Shown here piece by piece: positions 9,725-18,693 of a stretch of DNA of 64,000 nucleotides. The stretch lies in sequence record MZ501268.1. The stretch is one strand, 5' to 3'. The notes below the pieces were generated by a model, which worked only from the letters and a program-made list of their open reading frames with translations, had not been told where the DNA came from and made no database searches. The position numbers were made by a program, and so were the translations under genes. Positions within the stretch are counted from its first letter, which is position 1; each line of letters opens with the position of its first letter.

Positions 9725-9750
9725 TGAGGAGTTATTCCATTGACTCCTCA
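9725..9750 (-). terminator. Hairpin after the gp77/gp76-like unit
   Basis: TGAGGAGT/ACTCCTCA 8-bp stem, 10 nt downstream of the stop at 9760. Confidence 0.5.
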
Positions 9751-9759
9751 TAATGTATA

Positions 9760-10221
9760 CTACATGGATTCTATTTGCTTTTGAAGTTGCTTCAGTTGTT
9801 TGGCGTTATCTGGCATCTCTGCATCAAAATCACGCAATGCTTCGATCATTGACTTACGCCTACAATAAGTATACTTCATCCATTTATCAAATGACAAACC
9901 GTATTTTTCAAGAATACCCGCACGCAGGTACTCCATCTCATATTTTCGCAACCCAACTAATGCCAACGGATCTTCTTGTTCCGTTTGTAAGATTAACGAC
10001 AGCGGCGACGGTTCCGTATTGTGATCAATGATCCCGTACGTATCATCGTAAAGCTCTGTTAATCGAATTAGTGGGTACTCCCAGTTCCCGGTGAGAAACT
10101 TAGGATCCTCTAATGCGACGTCCCATGCATCAGACCGGTCATCTGGGCTCAGGCCGAAGTCATAATGGATTAGATGTCGGCTTGCTCGAACGTCTGATTC
10201 AACGTATTCGTCATTAGGGTA
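9760..10221 (-). CDS. -1-frame extension (gp76-like), probably fused to the upstream gene by frameshift
   Basis: Frame is open from the T8 run at 10221-10228 to the stop at 9760 (153 aa: YPNDEY...LYDDTYGIIDH...PLSLIL...IESM). No ATG/GTG/TTG occurs until TTG 9966. Confidence 0.7.
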   Translation of the reverse strand, partial: YPNDEYVESDVRASRHLIHYDFGLSPDDRSDAWDVALEDPKFLTGNWEYPLIRLTELYDDTYGIIDHNTEPSPLSLILQTEQEDPLALVGLRKYEMEYLRAGILEKYGLSFDKWMKYTYCRRKSMIEALRDFDAEMPDNAKQLKQLQKQIESM

Positions 10222-11813
10222 AAAAAAACCCGACCGACGTTCAGCGGCGTATAGGCTGGGAACATCTTACTGATCAGCGGTTGTTTTTTACCACAGTGCG
10301 GACAAGTCCAGCGAGGGACAGCGACCACACCAATGGTTACGCGGTTGATGAACTCGTTCAGCTTTTCAAAGAACGGCTTACGCATTTCTTCTTTTGCACT
10401 GAACTGCTTCAGCAGCATTGCGATATCATCGCCTGAATCAACAAAGCTGCCGTCTTCAAACTCGATGCGCGTGATCCAGTGTGCGTAACCACGCATAGAG
10501 GACAGGGCCGCTTGTTTGTTGATGTGCTGCTCACGCTGCTCACGGGTCATGCTGTCATTGAACGAGTCAGTGATCGCTTGCTGAATGCCATTGATCCAGG
10601 CGTAACCTGCCAGGTTCTTATCTTCCAGCGATGGCACACGCAGGTAGAACTTCACCGCACCCACTTCGATGACGTTGTCTTTCATCACTTCAAACGCCGC
10701 TTGATAAGCCAGCACTTGTTCGACGGTACGTCCACTGAAGTTACTCATGTGTGAACGCTGTGTTGCAGACAGGCGTGAGTTATCAATGATCATCAGGCGA
10801 GAGATGTTCACTTTAGCTGCTTCAACATGAACACAGGTCTTCGGATCAGCAGCACAGGCCGTTACCAGGTTGTAACCTGATTTGAAGCGCGCACCCAAGT
10901 AGGCGTTAGCGATCAGATCCAGATCCTGTTCTTTGATCAGCGGCAGCAGGGTTTTCTTATCAGATACCCCAAGTGAGCTGTCAGTCACCATTCCCAGCAG
11001 GAAGTCGGACATGTGTTTACGCACAACCACATCGAGGTTGTTAAACACCATGCCATTGGTACGACGACCGAGTACACCCTTCTCAGCCATGATCCCGGTC
11101 TGCATGTCGACGAATTCATCATCGCCAGCTACCAGCATGGTTAACCAGATACCAGAGTGGGGTAAAGGAATGTGGATGTAGTCACCCATGTTCATGACCG
11201 CACGTGCACGCATCACAGCCTGCGGGCCTGTCAGCAACTTAGTACCTTCGCTACTGGTCTTCACCGGTGGACGTGACACACCCTGCACTTTATCGCCGAG
11301 CAGAATACCCTGCAACCATTGCGCACCATCTTGACGAATGGTCAGGTTGATACCCGCACGGTATGACAGGTTGTTGATGGCGTTGCTTGCCAGGGAGAGC
11401 CAGAGCAGTGCACGTTCCGCACCGTACAGACTGATGATCTCTTTCAAGATCTTCTTGTCATCGGTGTTGCTGTCGATCTCATTGATCAGCGCAGCAAAGG
11501 CGTCGAACTCTTCATGCACGATAGACATGACATCACCGCCACCCATCGCTTCGATGCTTTTCAGCTTCTCGATGAATGGGTCTTTATAAAGCGCATCGAT
11601 TGGTTGCTCAACCGCGTCTTCCTCTTCTGCTGGTTGTTCTTCAGCAGGATCAGCAGGAGTCTCGGGATCAGTACCTGCCGGCGGCGTTTCTTTGACTGGT
11701 GTTGGTGCAGGAACAGCAGCGCGACCTTTGGATGGATCGACTTCAGGAATAGCGCTGTGTGCGTTATCGTCTTCAGTGGCCACATTAGCAACAGTTGGGT
11801 TCTCGTTGGACAT
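10170..11813 (-). CDS. gp77-like protein; probable tail/baseplate-hub assembly chaperone (T4 gp26-like)
   Basis: 547 aa; acidic N-terminus; Cys motifs CAADPKTC and CPHC; ends VFFTL...; synteny. Confidence 0.7.
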   Translation of the reverse strand: MSNENPTVANVATEDDNAHSAIPEVDPSKGRAAVPAPTPVKETPPAGTDPETPADPAEEQPAEEEDAVEQPIDALYKDPFIEKLKSIEAMGGGDVMSIVHEEFDAFAALINEIDSNTDDKKILKEIISLYGAERALLWLSLASNAINNLSYRAGINLTIRQDGAQWLQGILLGDKVQGVSRPPVKTSSEGTKLLTGPQAVMRARAVMNMGDYIHIPLPHSGIWLTMLVAGDDEFVDMQTGIMAEKGVLGRRTNGMVFNNLDVVVRKHMSDFLLGMVTDSSLGVSDKKTLLPLIKEQDLDLIANAYLGARFKSGYNLVTACAADPKTCVHVEAAKVNISRLMIIDNSRLSATQRSHMSNFSGRTVEQVLAYQAAFEVMKDNVIEVGAVKFYLRVPSLEDKNLAGYAWINGIQQAITDSFNDSMTREQREQHINKQAALSSMRGYAHWITRIEFEDGSFVDSGDDIAMLLKQFSAKEEMRKPFFEKLNEFINRVTIGVVAVPRWTCPHCGKKQPLISKMFPAYTPLNVGRVFFTLMTNTLNQTFEQADI

Positions 11814-11830
11814 TATGTTTTATCCTTACC

Positions 11831-12298
11831 TTACTCTTTTGTTGGATCGACCTGAACTGGGTCATTGACGGTGTTCTTGGCAGCGGTAGCAACAGCATTT
11901 GCGTGAGCACTGTCAGACATCGCGAGAATAGCGGCCCCGTGGAAAGCCATGGCATCGAGCAATTTGCTCTGCAAGATAACGTACTGCTCATTCACGCCCA
12001 GGAAGTCAGCGATGCAATCATCTTTCATTGCAAACCCGGTCTTGCCTTCGTGTTGTGCTTGAATGGCTGGGAGTTGTTTATCGAACTCTTCGACAATGGC
12101 GAGTGCTGCTTCCAGGTGTTGGTTCAGCGCCGGCACGTTTGGTTGGAAGCGAACGATGTTGGTGTTAACAGCCAGCAAACAAGTGTTTGACAGCTCGTTG
12201 CGCAAATTAATCGTATAACTTGCGACAGAATTCAGGTATTCCCAGAACTGGTCCGGTTGATGGACCTCCGGGGCCAGAGGCGGCTTGGTGTTTGACAT
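11831..12298 (-). CDS. gp78-like hypothetical protein
   Basis: ATG 12298 follows AGGA; synteny. Confidence 0.6.
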   Translation of the reverse strand: MSNTKPPLAPEVHQPDQFWEYLNSVASYTINLRNELSNTCLLAVNTNIVRFQPNVPALNQHLEAALAIVEEFDKQLPAIQAQHEGKTGFAMKDDCIADFLGVNEQYVILQSKLLDAMAFHGAAILAMSDSAHANAVATAAKNTVNDPVQVDPTKE

Positions 12299-12391
12299 AA
12301 TGGGTCCTATGAGGTGATTTATCTTGTGGCCTACATATATTGACACTACTAATGTCAATAATTACAACGTATTCGATTAAAAGGTATTGTC

Positions 12392-13303
12392 ATGAGTGAA
12401 CTGACTGACTTAACGAAACTGCAGGTTGATTTACCCCAGAACATCAATCGGGTTGATGAAAACGATGACGTGGGTGACTTCAGCGATTTGAATGATTACC
12501 TCATGACAATCATCCCGGATATCCGTCGTGAGAAACTGATTTCCATTTGCCAGAACTTAGCCGCGTTACAATACCATCAAGTGCAGCCAGATGTTGATCG
12601 CTTGATGATGATGGCTAACGAAGGGGAAGCCCCGTCTGTTGTGGATGACTTAACCCGGTTGTTATTTGAACACGCTTATGATCTGACCAAGAACATGGGC
12701 TTTAACTGGGCTGATGATATCGAGTTCCCACAGCTGCTGTTATTAGGTGATGTCATTGAAGGCGCCATGCTGATTGACGGGATGGAAGACTACGGTGATT
12801 TAACCGCAATCCTTGATGGCGATGATTCGGTAGAAGAGAAGGTTGTGGACATCTGGACCTTGGTGCTGGATAAAGACATGCACCATCTCTTTGACTTCAT
12901 TGAGTCTATCGAGCCCGCAGTGATCACAGGTATCAAGCAGGTCACCACACGCCCGTATGCGGCAGATGAGTACGAAGATGTCCAACGCCCGTTAGACTTC
13001 GTGGTGCAGCGTCTGGTTGCGTATCGACCCCACATGAAAGAAGACGGGATTGCTTACCAACACGTCGTACTGGGTGGCGCACTGGGCGTTGATTTGGAAT
13101 CACTGATCACCTTATATACTCCACAGTTGAATGAGGTCACTGATCACATCGAGTTGGCTGATCTGCTGTTGGCCTTTACCTTGATCAGTAATACCCCAGA
13201 CGGGCTGGTGAAGTCAGAAGCCATGAAGCTTGCAGAAAAATGGATTGATGATATTGAGTTCATCAATATGGTTGGGACTCACATCGATAAGGCGCCTGTG
13301 TGA
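12392..13303 (+). CDS. gp79-like acidic protein
   Basis: 303 aa; AAGG RBS; coupled to the RNAP subunit gene. Confidence 0.65.
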   Translation: MSELTDLTKLQVDLPQNINRVDENDDVGDFSDLNDYLMTIIPDIRREKLISICQNLAALQYHQVQPDVDRLMMMANEGEAPSVVDDLTRLLFEHAYDLTKNMGFNWADDIEFPQLLLLGDVIEGAMLIDGMEDYGDLTAILDGDDSVEEKVVDIWTLVLDKDMHHLFDFIESIEPAVITGIKQVTTRPYAADEYEDVQRPLDFVVQRLVAYRPHMKEDGIAYQHVVLGGALGVDLESLITLYTPQLNEVTDHIELADLLLAFTLISNTPDGLVKSEAMKLAEKWIDDIEFINMVGTHIDKAPV

Positions 13304-14610
13304 ATATTCGTGATTATTTAATCATGGCCTTTAGGGCCGGGGCGTACAAGCAACGCCAATGGGTATTGAGTGTCATGAGTATCACCACGACTCCTGATGG
13401 GAAGTCCGTGGCAGACTCTATGATCCCTTACCAGGTTCACCGCATTGCCCAAGGTAGTGTCGTTGAGTGGTGCTACTGGGATGATTTTAATAAGACCTTT
13501 GTCCCAATAGAAGGCGTGGATGTAAACTTCCCTCTGGTGCGTCCCGAGGATGAGTTTGCATTACACCCCGGAGACTTCGCCAATGTCGTGGAAGAAATTG
13601 TTACTACTTTCGGTCGTATCCTGGCTAATCACTATTATTTTATTGATGTGGTTGGTGAACGTATTCCTTTCCAGAACGTAGAGTTCAACCGGGGAATGCT
13701 GGAGAAGATCTACAAGGCTCGTGTGCTGGAAGATCCACAAGACTTGCGTCGCTCTGATCCGTTCTACATTACGGTAGAAGAGTTCAAGCGGTCTGTGGAC
13801 AACGGCTATGCGCTGGGTGGTCTGTCTAAACTCTGTGTGCCGACAGCTTGTCCAGAAACCATGTATCCGCCGAAGTTTATCATCGAGATGCGTGACCGTC
13901 TGTTTGAAGAACATAAAGACGAGCTCAACAACCCGGTGGTGATGGGGCGTATTCAGGATGAGTTGCTAAAGCACTACCGTGACTTCCTGATGTCGACGCC
14001 TTCTGCGAAGTTCTTCGTGATTAAGAAGACCATCGACCAGGCCTTCAACAACATGTTCCTGACCGGTGGTATCGCAGGCGCCTTTGGCGGCAACACAGTC
14101 ATCACCAACTCGCTGTATGAAGGCTGGAACCTGAAGAACTTCCCGGCATTAGTAAACGGCTCGATAGAAGCATCATTTGACCGCGGGGCTGCAACAGCGG
14201 ACGGTGGTGAGAAAGTGAAGATGCTGATCCGTGCCACACAGAACATCCGTATCACTGATGATGACTGTGGAGCGAAGATTGGTGTGCCGTGGGTAATCGA
14301 GTCAGTCGGTAAAGAACGTTTCATCAATTCCTACGTCTTGGTGAAAGGTGAATCGATTCTGCTGACCCCAGAGAACATCGACAGCTTTGTTGGCAAGCCA
14401 CTGATGGCCCGCTCACCGAACTTCTGTAAGAAATCACACGGTGACTCTTGCAGGTTCTGCGCCGGCGCACACAACGCCACTAACCCACGCGGGATGTCTT
14501 CCGGTACCTCTAAGATCGGTTCTACTCTGATGTTGTTATCGATGAAAGCAATGCATAAAGGGTCAAAGATAGACTTAATCGAATACAGCATTGACGAGGT
14601 CTTCAATTAA
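13300..14610 (+). CDS. Virion RNA polymerase beta' middle subunit (gp80-like)
   Basis: SFDRGAATADGGEKVK...ITDDDCG...RSPNFC...CRFCAG match the beta' bridge-helix and Zn regions. Confidence 0.85.
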   Translation: MNIRDYLIMAFRAGAYKQRQWVLSVMSITTTPDGKSVADSMIPYQVHRIAQGSVVEWCYWDDFNKTFVPIEGVDVNFPLVRPEDEFALHPGDFANVVEEIVTTFGRILANHYYFIDVVGERIPFQNVEFNRGMLEKIYKARVLEDPQDLRRSDPFYITVEEFKRSVDNGYALGGLSKLCVPTACPETMYPPKFIIEMRDRLFEEHKDELNNPVVMGRIQDELLKHYRDFLMSTPSAKFFVIKKTIDQAFNNMFLTGGIAGAFGGNTVITNSLYEGWNLKNFPALVNGSIEASFDRGAATADGGEKVKMLIRATQNIRITDDDCGAKIGVPWVIESVGKERFINSYVLVKGESILLTPENIDSFVGKPLMARSPNFCKKSHGDSCRFCAGAHNATNPRGMSSGTSKIGSTLMLLSMKAMHKGSKIDLIEYSIDEVFN

Positions 14611-14619
14611 CTATATCTG

Positions 14620-14632
14620 AAACCTACATTAT
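14620..14632 (+). promoter_or_regulatory. Candidate phage promoter AAACCTACATTAT
   Basis: Intergenic at the start of an accessory block; near-identical copies at 54351 and 63963. Confidence 0.55.
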
Positions 14633-14648
14633 CTAAAGGTAAATCAGC

Positions 14649-15302
14649 ATGTTAGAACTATTGATGGCGAGAGGGTTATCGGGCAAGGTCACCATCCCAG
14701 AAGCCGATGCCAACACTTTGTTTAGGATGGTTGATTTCAAAACAACCTCTGACGTCAAGGATAAAGGCCCTAACACCATTGCGGTGACGCCTTCAGGAAT
14801 GAAAGTTGGTACGGACGCTTTCGCCAGTTATATGTTGTTTGATGGTGCGGGATATTTCGGCATTGCTAACACCGCCCTGTTGGCACGGAACAACGTTGAA
14901 CTTAACTTCATTATTGGATCAGTGACGTATGTTACCGCGAGCTATGGTGAAGCGATCTTTGATACCCGCCCTGTTAGCTCAAACGGTGATAACCTGTATC
15001 ACCTGATGGGATTGGATGTTGCCACTGCTGATCCCGCCAGGTTTTATCTCAGCTATCCATCGAATAAGGCGGTCTACTCGCCAGTAATGAATGTTAATGA
15101 TGGTCCGGTATTGATTACAATAAGGATCACCACGACAGGGTCTTACCTATATATCAACGGTAAACTGATAGGCCAGCCGTCGACTACAGTCGGTGCCCTG
15201 CGAACCAATAATTTAAAAGTTGGGTTAGGGGCGTTTAAAAGCGCCGGTGTTCCTAACTTTAGAGGACGGATGTACTATATGGACATAAAGGCGATCGTTT
15301 AG
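14649..15302 (+). CDS. ConA/LamG-like beta-sandwich protein
   Basis: FDGAGYF...ITIRITTTGSYLYINGKL...LKVGLG...FRGRMYYMDI pattern; N-terminus MLELLMARG. Confidence 0.55.
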   Translation: MLELLMARGLSGKVTIPEADANTLFRMVDFKTTSDVKDKGPNTIAVTPSGMKVGTDAFASYMLFDGAGYFGIANTALLARNNVELNFIIGSVTYVTASYGEAIFDTRPVSSNGDNLYHLMGLDVATADPARFYLSYPSNKAVYSPVMNVNDGPVLITIRITTTGSYLYINGKLIGQPSTTVGALRTNNLKVGLGAFKSAGVPNFRGRMYYMDIKAIV

Positions 15303-15328
15303 TCATTCCTCTGTACCCGAGATAATAA

Positions 15329-15526
15329 ATGACGACAAACCCTCAGTTCGTTTTCGTGGCACAGGTTTCTGATGCTACACACAGCGTAGAGAAACTGGAA
15401 GTTGAGCGTAATACCGATGCATTGGAGAACCTGTCCGTTCTTCGCAAAGGCGCGCCGTTCGACTTCTCGTTTATCATGTCTGAAGAAGCGATTTACCAAC
15501 TTCGACAGGCAGGGCACATCAACTAG
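15329..15526 (+). CDS. Small hypothetical protein
   Basis: 65 aa, in operon. Confidence 0.55.
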   Translation: MTTNPQFVFVAQVSDATHSVEKLEVERNTDALENLSVLRKGAPFDFSFIMSEEAIYQLRQAGHIN

Positions 15527-15541
15527 ACTGCTGAGGTAGTA

Positions 15542-15961
15542 ATGACTGATAAATCGGAGATCTCACACGGTGGTGGTGATCAGCCTATGGAAAAAGAGCA
15601 AAGCAACTTATCCGTACTGGTGAATTATTCCACAGGTGTGATGGAAGGTGACCGTTTTAGTTATTCGGTTGCATTGGCGCTGTTGAAAGACGGCATCAAA
15701 ATCAAGCGCGAGGAATGGAGTAATGCCTTCCTGGTGTTTGTGCCGGGTACCCAGAATGTTGAACTACCCAAAGGGTCACCGTATGAAGTCGCACTCCACG
15801 GTAAGAAGTCCGTTGCCAATATTCGTCCTCATGTAGACCTATACACTGAGTATGGGGAATTTGAAGTCGGCTGGACACCTACTCAGCCAGACCTTCATGC
15901 ACAAGACTGGATGATTGTCTTAGACAAACCATCCGTCAATGAAGACGAAGATAACTCATAA
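15542..15961 (+). CDS. DUF2829 / Tad2-like protein
   Basis: FSYSVALALLKDGIKIKREEW...FLVFV...GWTPTQPDLHAQDWMIV follows the DUF2829 consensus; GAGG RBS. Confidence 0.75.
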   Translation: MTDKSEISHGGGDQPMEKEQSNLSVLVNYSTGVMEGDRFSYSVALALLKDGIKIKREEWSNAFLVFVPGTQNVELPKGSPYEVALHGKKSVANIRPHVDLYTEYGEFEVGWTPTQPDLHAQDWMIVLDKPSVNEDEDNS

Positions 15962-15964
15962 TTC

Positions 15965-15994
15965 AAAGGAGGGCTTCGGCTCTCCTTTTATGCC
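15965..15994 (+). terminator. Terminator hairpin
   Basis: AAAGGAGGGC-TTCG-GCTCTCCTTT then TATGCC. Confidence 0.65.
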
Positions 15995-16010
15995 CATTAA
16001 GGAATACGTG

Positions 16011-16367
16011 ATGAACAAAGAATTTGATATCGTACTTGACACTCGTGGTGATCTTGCTGGCATGTACCAATTACTGGTTGCCCGGATCAACACCCTATTG
16101 CGGGCTGGGGTACTCTACCACGAGGTGGCAATTACGCAATGGTCACTCTACCATAAAGGGTTGTTGGTAAAAGGGGGTGACACAATTCATGCTTCCTTGT
16201 TACGTCACTTCTATCACGATGTGACTACTAACACATTCGGTGGCGGGTTCATGACATTCGAGATCTTCGATGACATTGAGCGCTACTATCAGGTAGATGA
16301 CCTGTATGCCGGCTACAACATGGATGATCTGGAGTTGTCAATTACCGTGACCGTTACCGCACCTTAA
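16011..16367 (+). CDS. Paralog array member 1
   Basis: ATG 16011 follows AAGGA; motif VAITQWSLY. Confidence 0.65.
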   Translation: MNKEFDIVLDTRGDLAGMYQLLVARINTLLRAGVLYHEVAITQWSLYHKGLLVKGGDTIHASLLRHFYHDVTTNTFGGGFMTFEIFDDIERYYQVDDLYAGYNMDDLELSITVTVTAP

Positions 16368-16376
16368 GGGATTCCC

Positions 16377-16742
16377 ATGAAAGAACTCTTTAACATGAAG
16401 TTCGATACCCGTGATGCGTCATTTACCGATCAACTGGATTTGCTGCAATCCCGTATCAAGAGCTTCTCTAAACGTGGCACAGCGATTAAGGATGTGGCGG
16501 TTACTAGTTGGCAGCTGTTTTCAAACAACATGGCGGTGGTCGGCGATGATACCACTTACGTCACCATCATCAGCAGCTACCAGTATGATGTTGAGCAGCA
16601 GTGTGTCGTTGGTGGTTCCAGTGCGGTAGATACTCTCAGAGCGATCTGGTCGGCATATGGCCCTGACTCGACACTCCCACGTTACGGGTCTGTGCCGGGC
16701 GCTATCGACATTCAATACACAATTACTGTCTTTACTGTATAA
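16377..16742 (+). CDS. Paralog array member 2
   Basis: AAGGGG RBS; motif VAVTSWQLF. Confidence 0.65.
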   Translation: MKELFNMKFDTRDASFTDQLDLLQSRIKSFSKRGTAIKDVAVTSWQLFSNNMAVVGDDTTYVTIISSYQYDVEQQCVVGGSSAVDTLRAIWSAYGPDSTLPRYGSVPGAIDIQYTITVFTV

Positions 16743-16752
16743 AGGATTTGTT

Positions 16753-17139
16753 ATGTCACTTAGAGCAAAAGATTTCTATCTCCCGTTGACGTCTGCTGAG
16801 TCATTGGATTTTAAACTAAATAAAGATACCTGGCAGGCTGATTGCACGGATATGCATAAACGCCTTACTGACAAGATGATCAGCCGGCGTATCCAGGCGG
16901 TGTATATTACGGCCTGGGATCTGTTTGACGAACACGGTAAGATACGGGGTAGTCAGCAGAAACTGAAGCTTGATATCACTTCTTGGTTCGTCAGCCCGAA
17001 AGGTCCGACTAACAACACAACCATTGATCCCGTCAGTTATGCGTTCCAGATCAATCAACATCCTAGCGTTCGCACTCCTTGGGTACGGGCATTGCAAATG
17101 AACATCAAACTTATCGTGATCTTTAATAAGGGAGAGTAA
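16753..17139 (+). CDS. Paralog array member 3
   Basis: ATG 16753 follows AAGGA; motif VYITAWDLF. Confidence 0.65.
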   Translation: MSLRAKDFYLPLTSAESLDFKLNKDTWQADCTDMHKRLTDKMISRRIQAVYITAWDLFDEHGKIRGSQQKLKLDITSWFVSPKGPTNNTTIDPVSYAFQINQHPSVRTPWVRALQMNIKLIVIFNKGE

Positions 17140-17486
17140 TGGAAATTGAACACACGCTGGATCTTAGCCACGGCTGGGATCCGTTTAATCGGCTTAAAGC
17201 TTCCTTCGTAGCAGGTAAACGCCCAGAGGCCATTTACATTACTGCTTGGCAAGCCTACGGTTATAAAAGCAATCTCTTGGGAGAAGATAAAGTATTAAGA
17301 GGCGAGTGTAAAGAATGCCGGGTAGATATTACTCACATCTTTTTCCCTAGCCGTCCGGAAATACTGATCGGGTTATCCAGTTTCATTAACACCATTAACC
17401 GGGATAGTCATGTGCGTGTACCGGACTGGACCGGCTCGATCACCATGTGCTTTGAATTGATCTTAGATTATACAGATAAGATTTAA
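17139..17486 (+). CDS. Paralog array member 4
   Basis: TAATG overlap; motif IYITAWQAY. Confidence 0.65.
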   Translation: MEIEHTLDLSHGWDPFNRLKASFVAGKRPEAIYITAWQAYGYKSNLLGEDKVLRGECKECRVDITHIFFPSRPEILIGLSSFINTINRDSHVRVPDWTGSITMCFELILDYTDKI

Positions 17487-17597
17487 TCGGCATATATTCT
17501 TGTCTCGTTAGCGTAAGCTCGCTAAAAAACCTTATTTAAAGTTTTGTATAACAAACTATCAATTATGTTTAAATAAACAGAAAGGAAATTAACCGAA

Positions 17598-18287
17598 ATG
17601 TTGCATGAAAACTTTGAAGCGATGATCACTAACATCAGCCAGCTGATTGATCAACTACCCTCTCATCGTTTACCATCATTGGTCGTGATTAAGGACGAAG
17701 CGTTTGTTGACTATAAGGGTGATCCAACGGTCATGGCAATCGCCGCACTGTTTACTCATCTGCCAGGGAGTACGTTTGATGTAACCTTTAACCAGGAACT
17801 GATCGATGCGTTTAAACACAACAACATCGACGTGGTTAAACTGCCTTATGAGTACATTATTGGGTTGCGATCAAAGTCGATTAACCGTGAGGCAGGGCAG
17901 GTGTTCTGGTTATGCACTGACCCATGTCGCACACTTACACCGGAGTCCGTAGCGAGCATACGACATACTGTAGCTGACCTACGTAACCACAGTTCAAACT
18001 ACCCAGCATTCAACATTCTTCTGGATGGGTTTAGTTGGGATGATTTAATCAAACACATTATGACCGGTCGTTTAGATAATCCGCGTTTTCGTCTCTCTCG
18101 TATTGCTGAGTACGATTTCAAATTGACCTCTAAGACCCGTGAGTATTATGCCAGCACCGACCTACATAGTGCTATGTGGCCATACAGTGGTACGGCGAAA
18201 TTCAACCCGGATGATTTCGTTAATAAGAAAAACTGGAGTCTCGCCCCGCCTGACAGCGCCCGCCCACTCATCGAGGTCTATGTTTAA
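17598..18287 (+). CDS. Hypothetical protein
   Basis: 229 aa; AAGGA RBS; AT-rich upstream region. Confidence 0.7.
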   Translation: MLHENFEAMITNISQLIDQLPSHRLPSLVVIKDEAFVDYKGDPTVMAIAALFTHLPGSTFDVTFNQELIDAFKHNNIDVVKLPYEYIIGLRSKSINREAGQVFWLCTDPCRTLTPESVASIRHTVADLRNHSSNYPAFNILLDGFSWDDLIKHIMTGRLDNPRFRLSRIAEYDFKLTSKTREYYASTDLHSAMWPYSGTAKFNPDDFVNKKNWSLAPPDSARPLIEVYV

Positions 18288-18344
18288 ATGGACAAGCCCT
18301 CCAGATCGTATACTTGGTAACACGACTGATCCGGAGATTCCACC

Positions 18345-18656
18345 ATGGTAGACAATGACGATGTGGTGCCGATGCACTACAACCACAATGTGGACATGAA
18401 TAACCCCCTCGATGTGGATGCAGAAGACTTGAAGGTGCGGTTCGCAGCCCGCTTCTTCAGTTTCCTGGCATTGACCGATGAGCTGAATAAGGATAAGTTA
18501 ACCCTAAACGACATCAGTGAGTTTACAGTCGGGATAGTCAACCTCATCTGTGACGAGATGAAAGACAACCCTAAACGCGATCTGTACAGGAGGCAAATGG
18601 TTGAGAGGCTTGAGCCGGTTCTGTCAAAACATCTGATTAAACAGTCGGAGGAATGA
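18345..18656 (+). CDS. Hypothetical protein
   Basis: 103 aa; GGAG RBS. Confidence 0.6.
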   Translation: MVDNDDVVPMHYNHNVDMNNPLDVDAEDLKVRFAARFFSFLALTDELNKDKLTLNDISEFTVGIVNLICDEMKDNPKRDLYRRQMVERLEPVLSKHLIKQSEE

Positions 18657-18693
18657 CGGAACGTAATTAACATGCAGTAAAAGGATTACCATC

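Noticed and set aside
9751-9757. TACATTA on the minus strand as a promoter for 9681
   Set aside because: Only the core matches, it overlaps the end of the upstream CDS, and a terminator-like hairpin lies just downstream.
9760-9966. 68-aa TTG-start ORF treated as an independent gene
   Set aside because: No clear RBS, and the frame is protein-like for about 85 codons further upstream; better explained as the tail of the frameshift extension.
1-14610. Inteins, introns or homing endonucleases in the RNAP subunits or helicase
   Set aside because: Lengths and motif order look uninterrupted; no C...HN splice motifs or HNH/LAGLIDADG ORFs seen.
18288-18320. 10-codon mini-ORF between genes
   Set aside because: No RBS and no supporting context.
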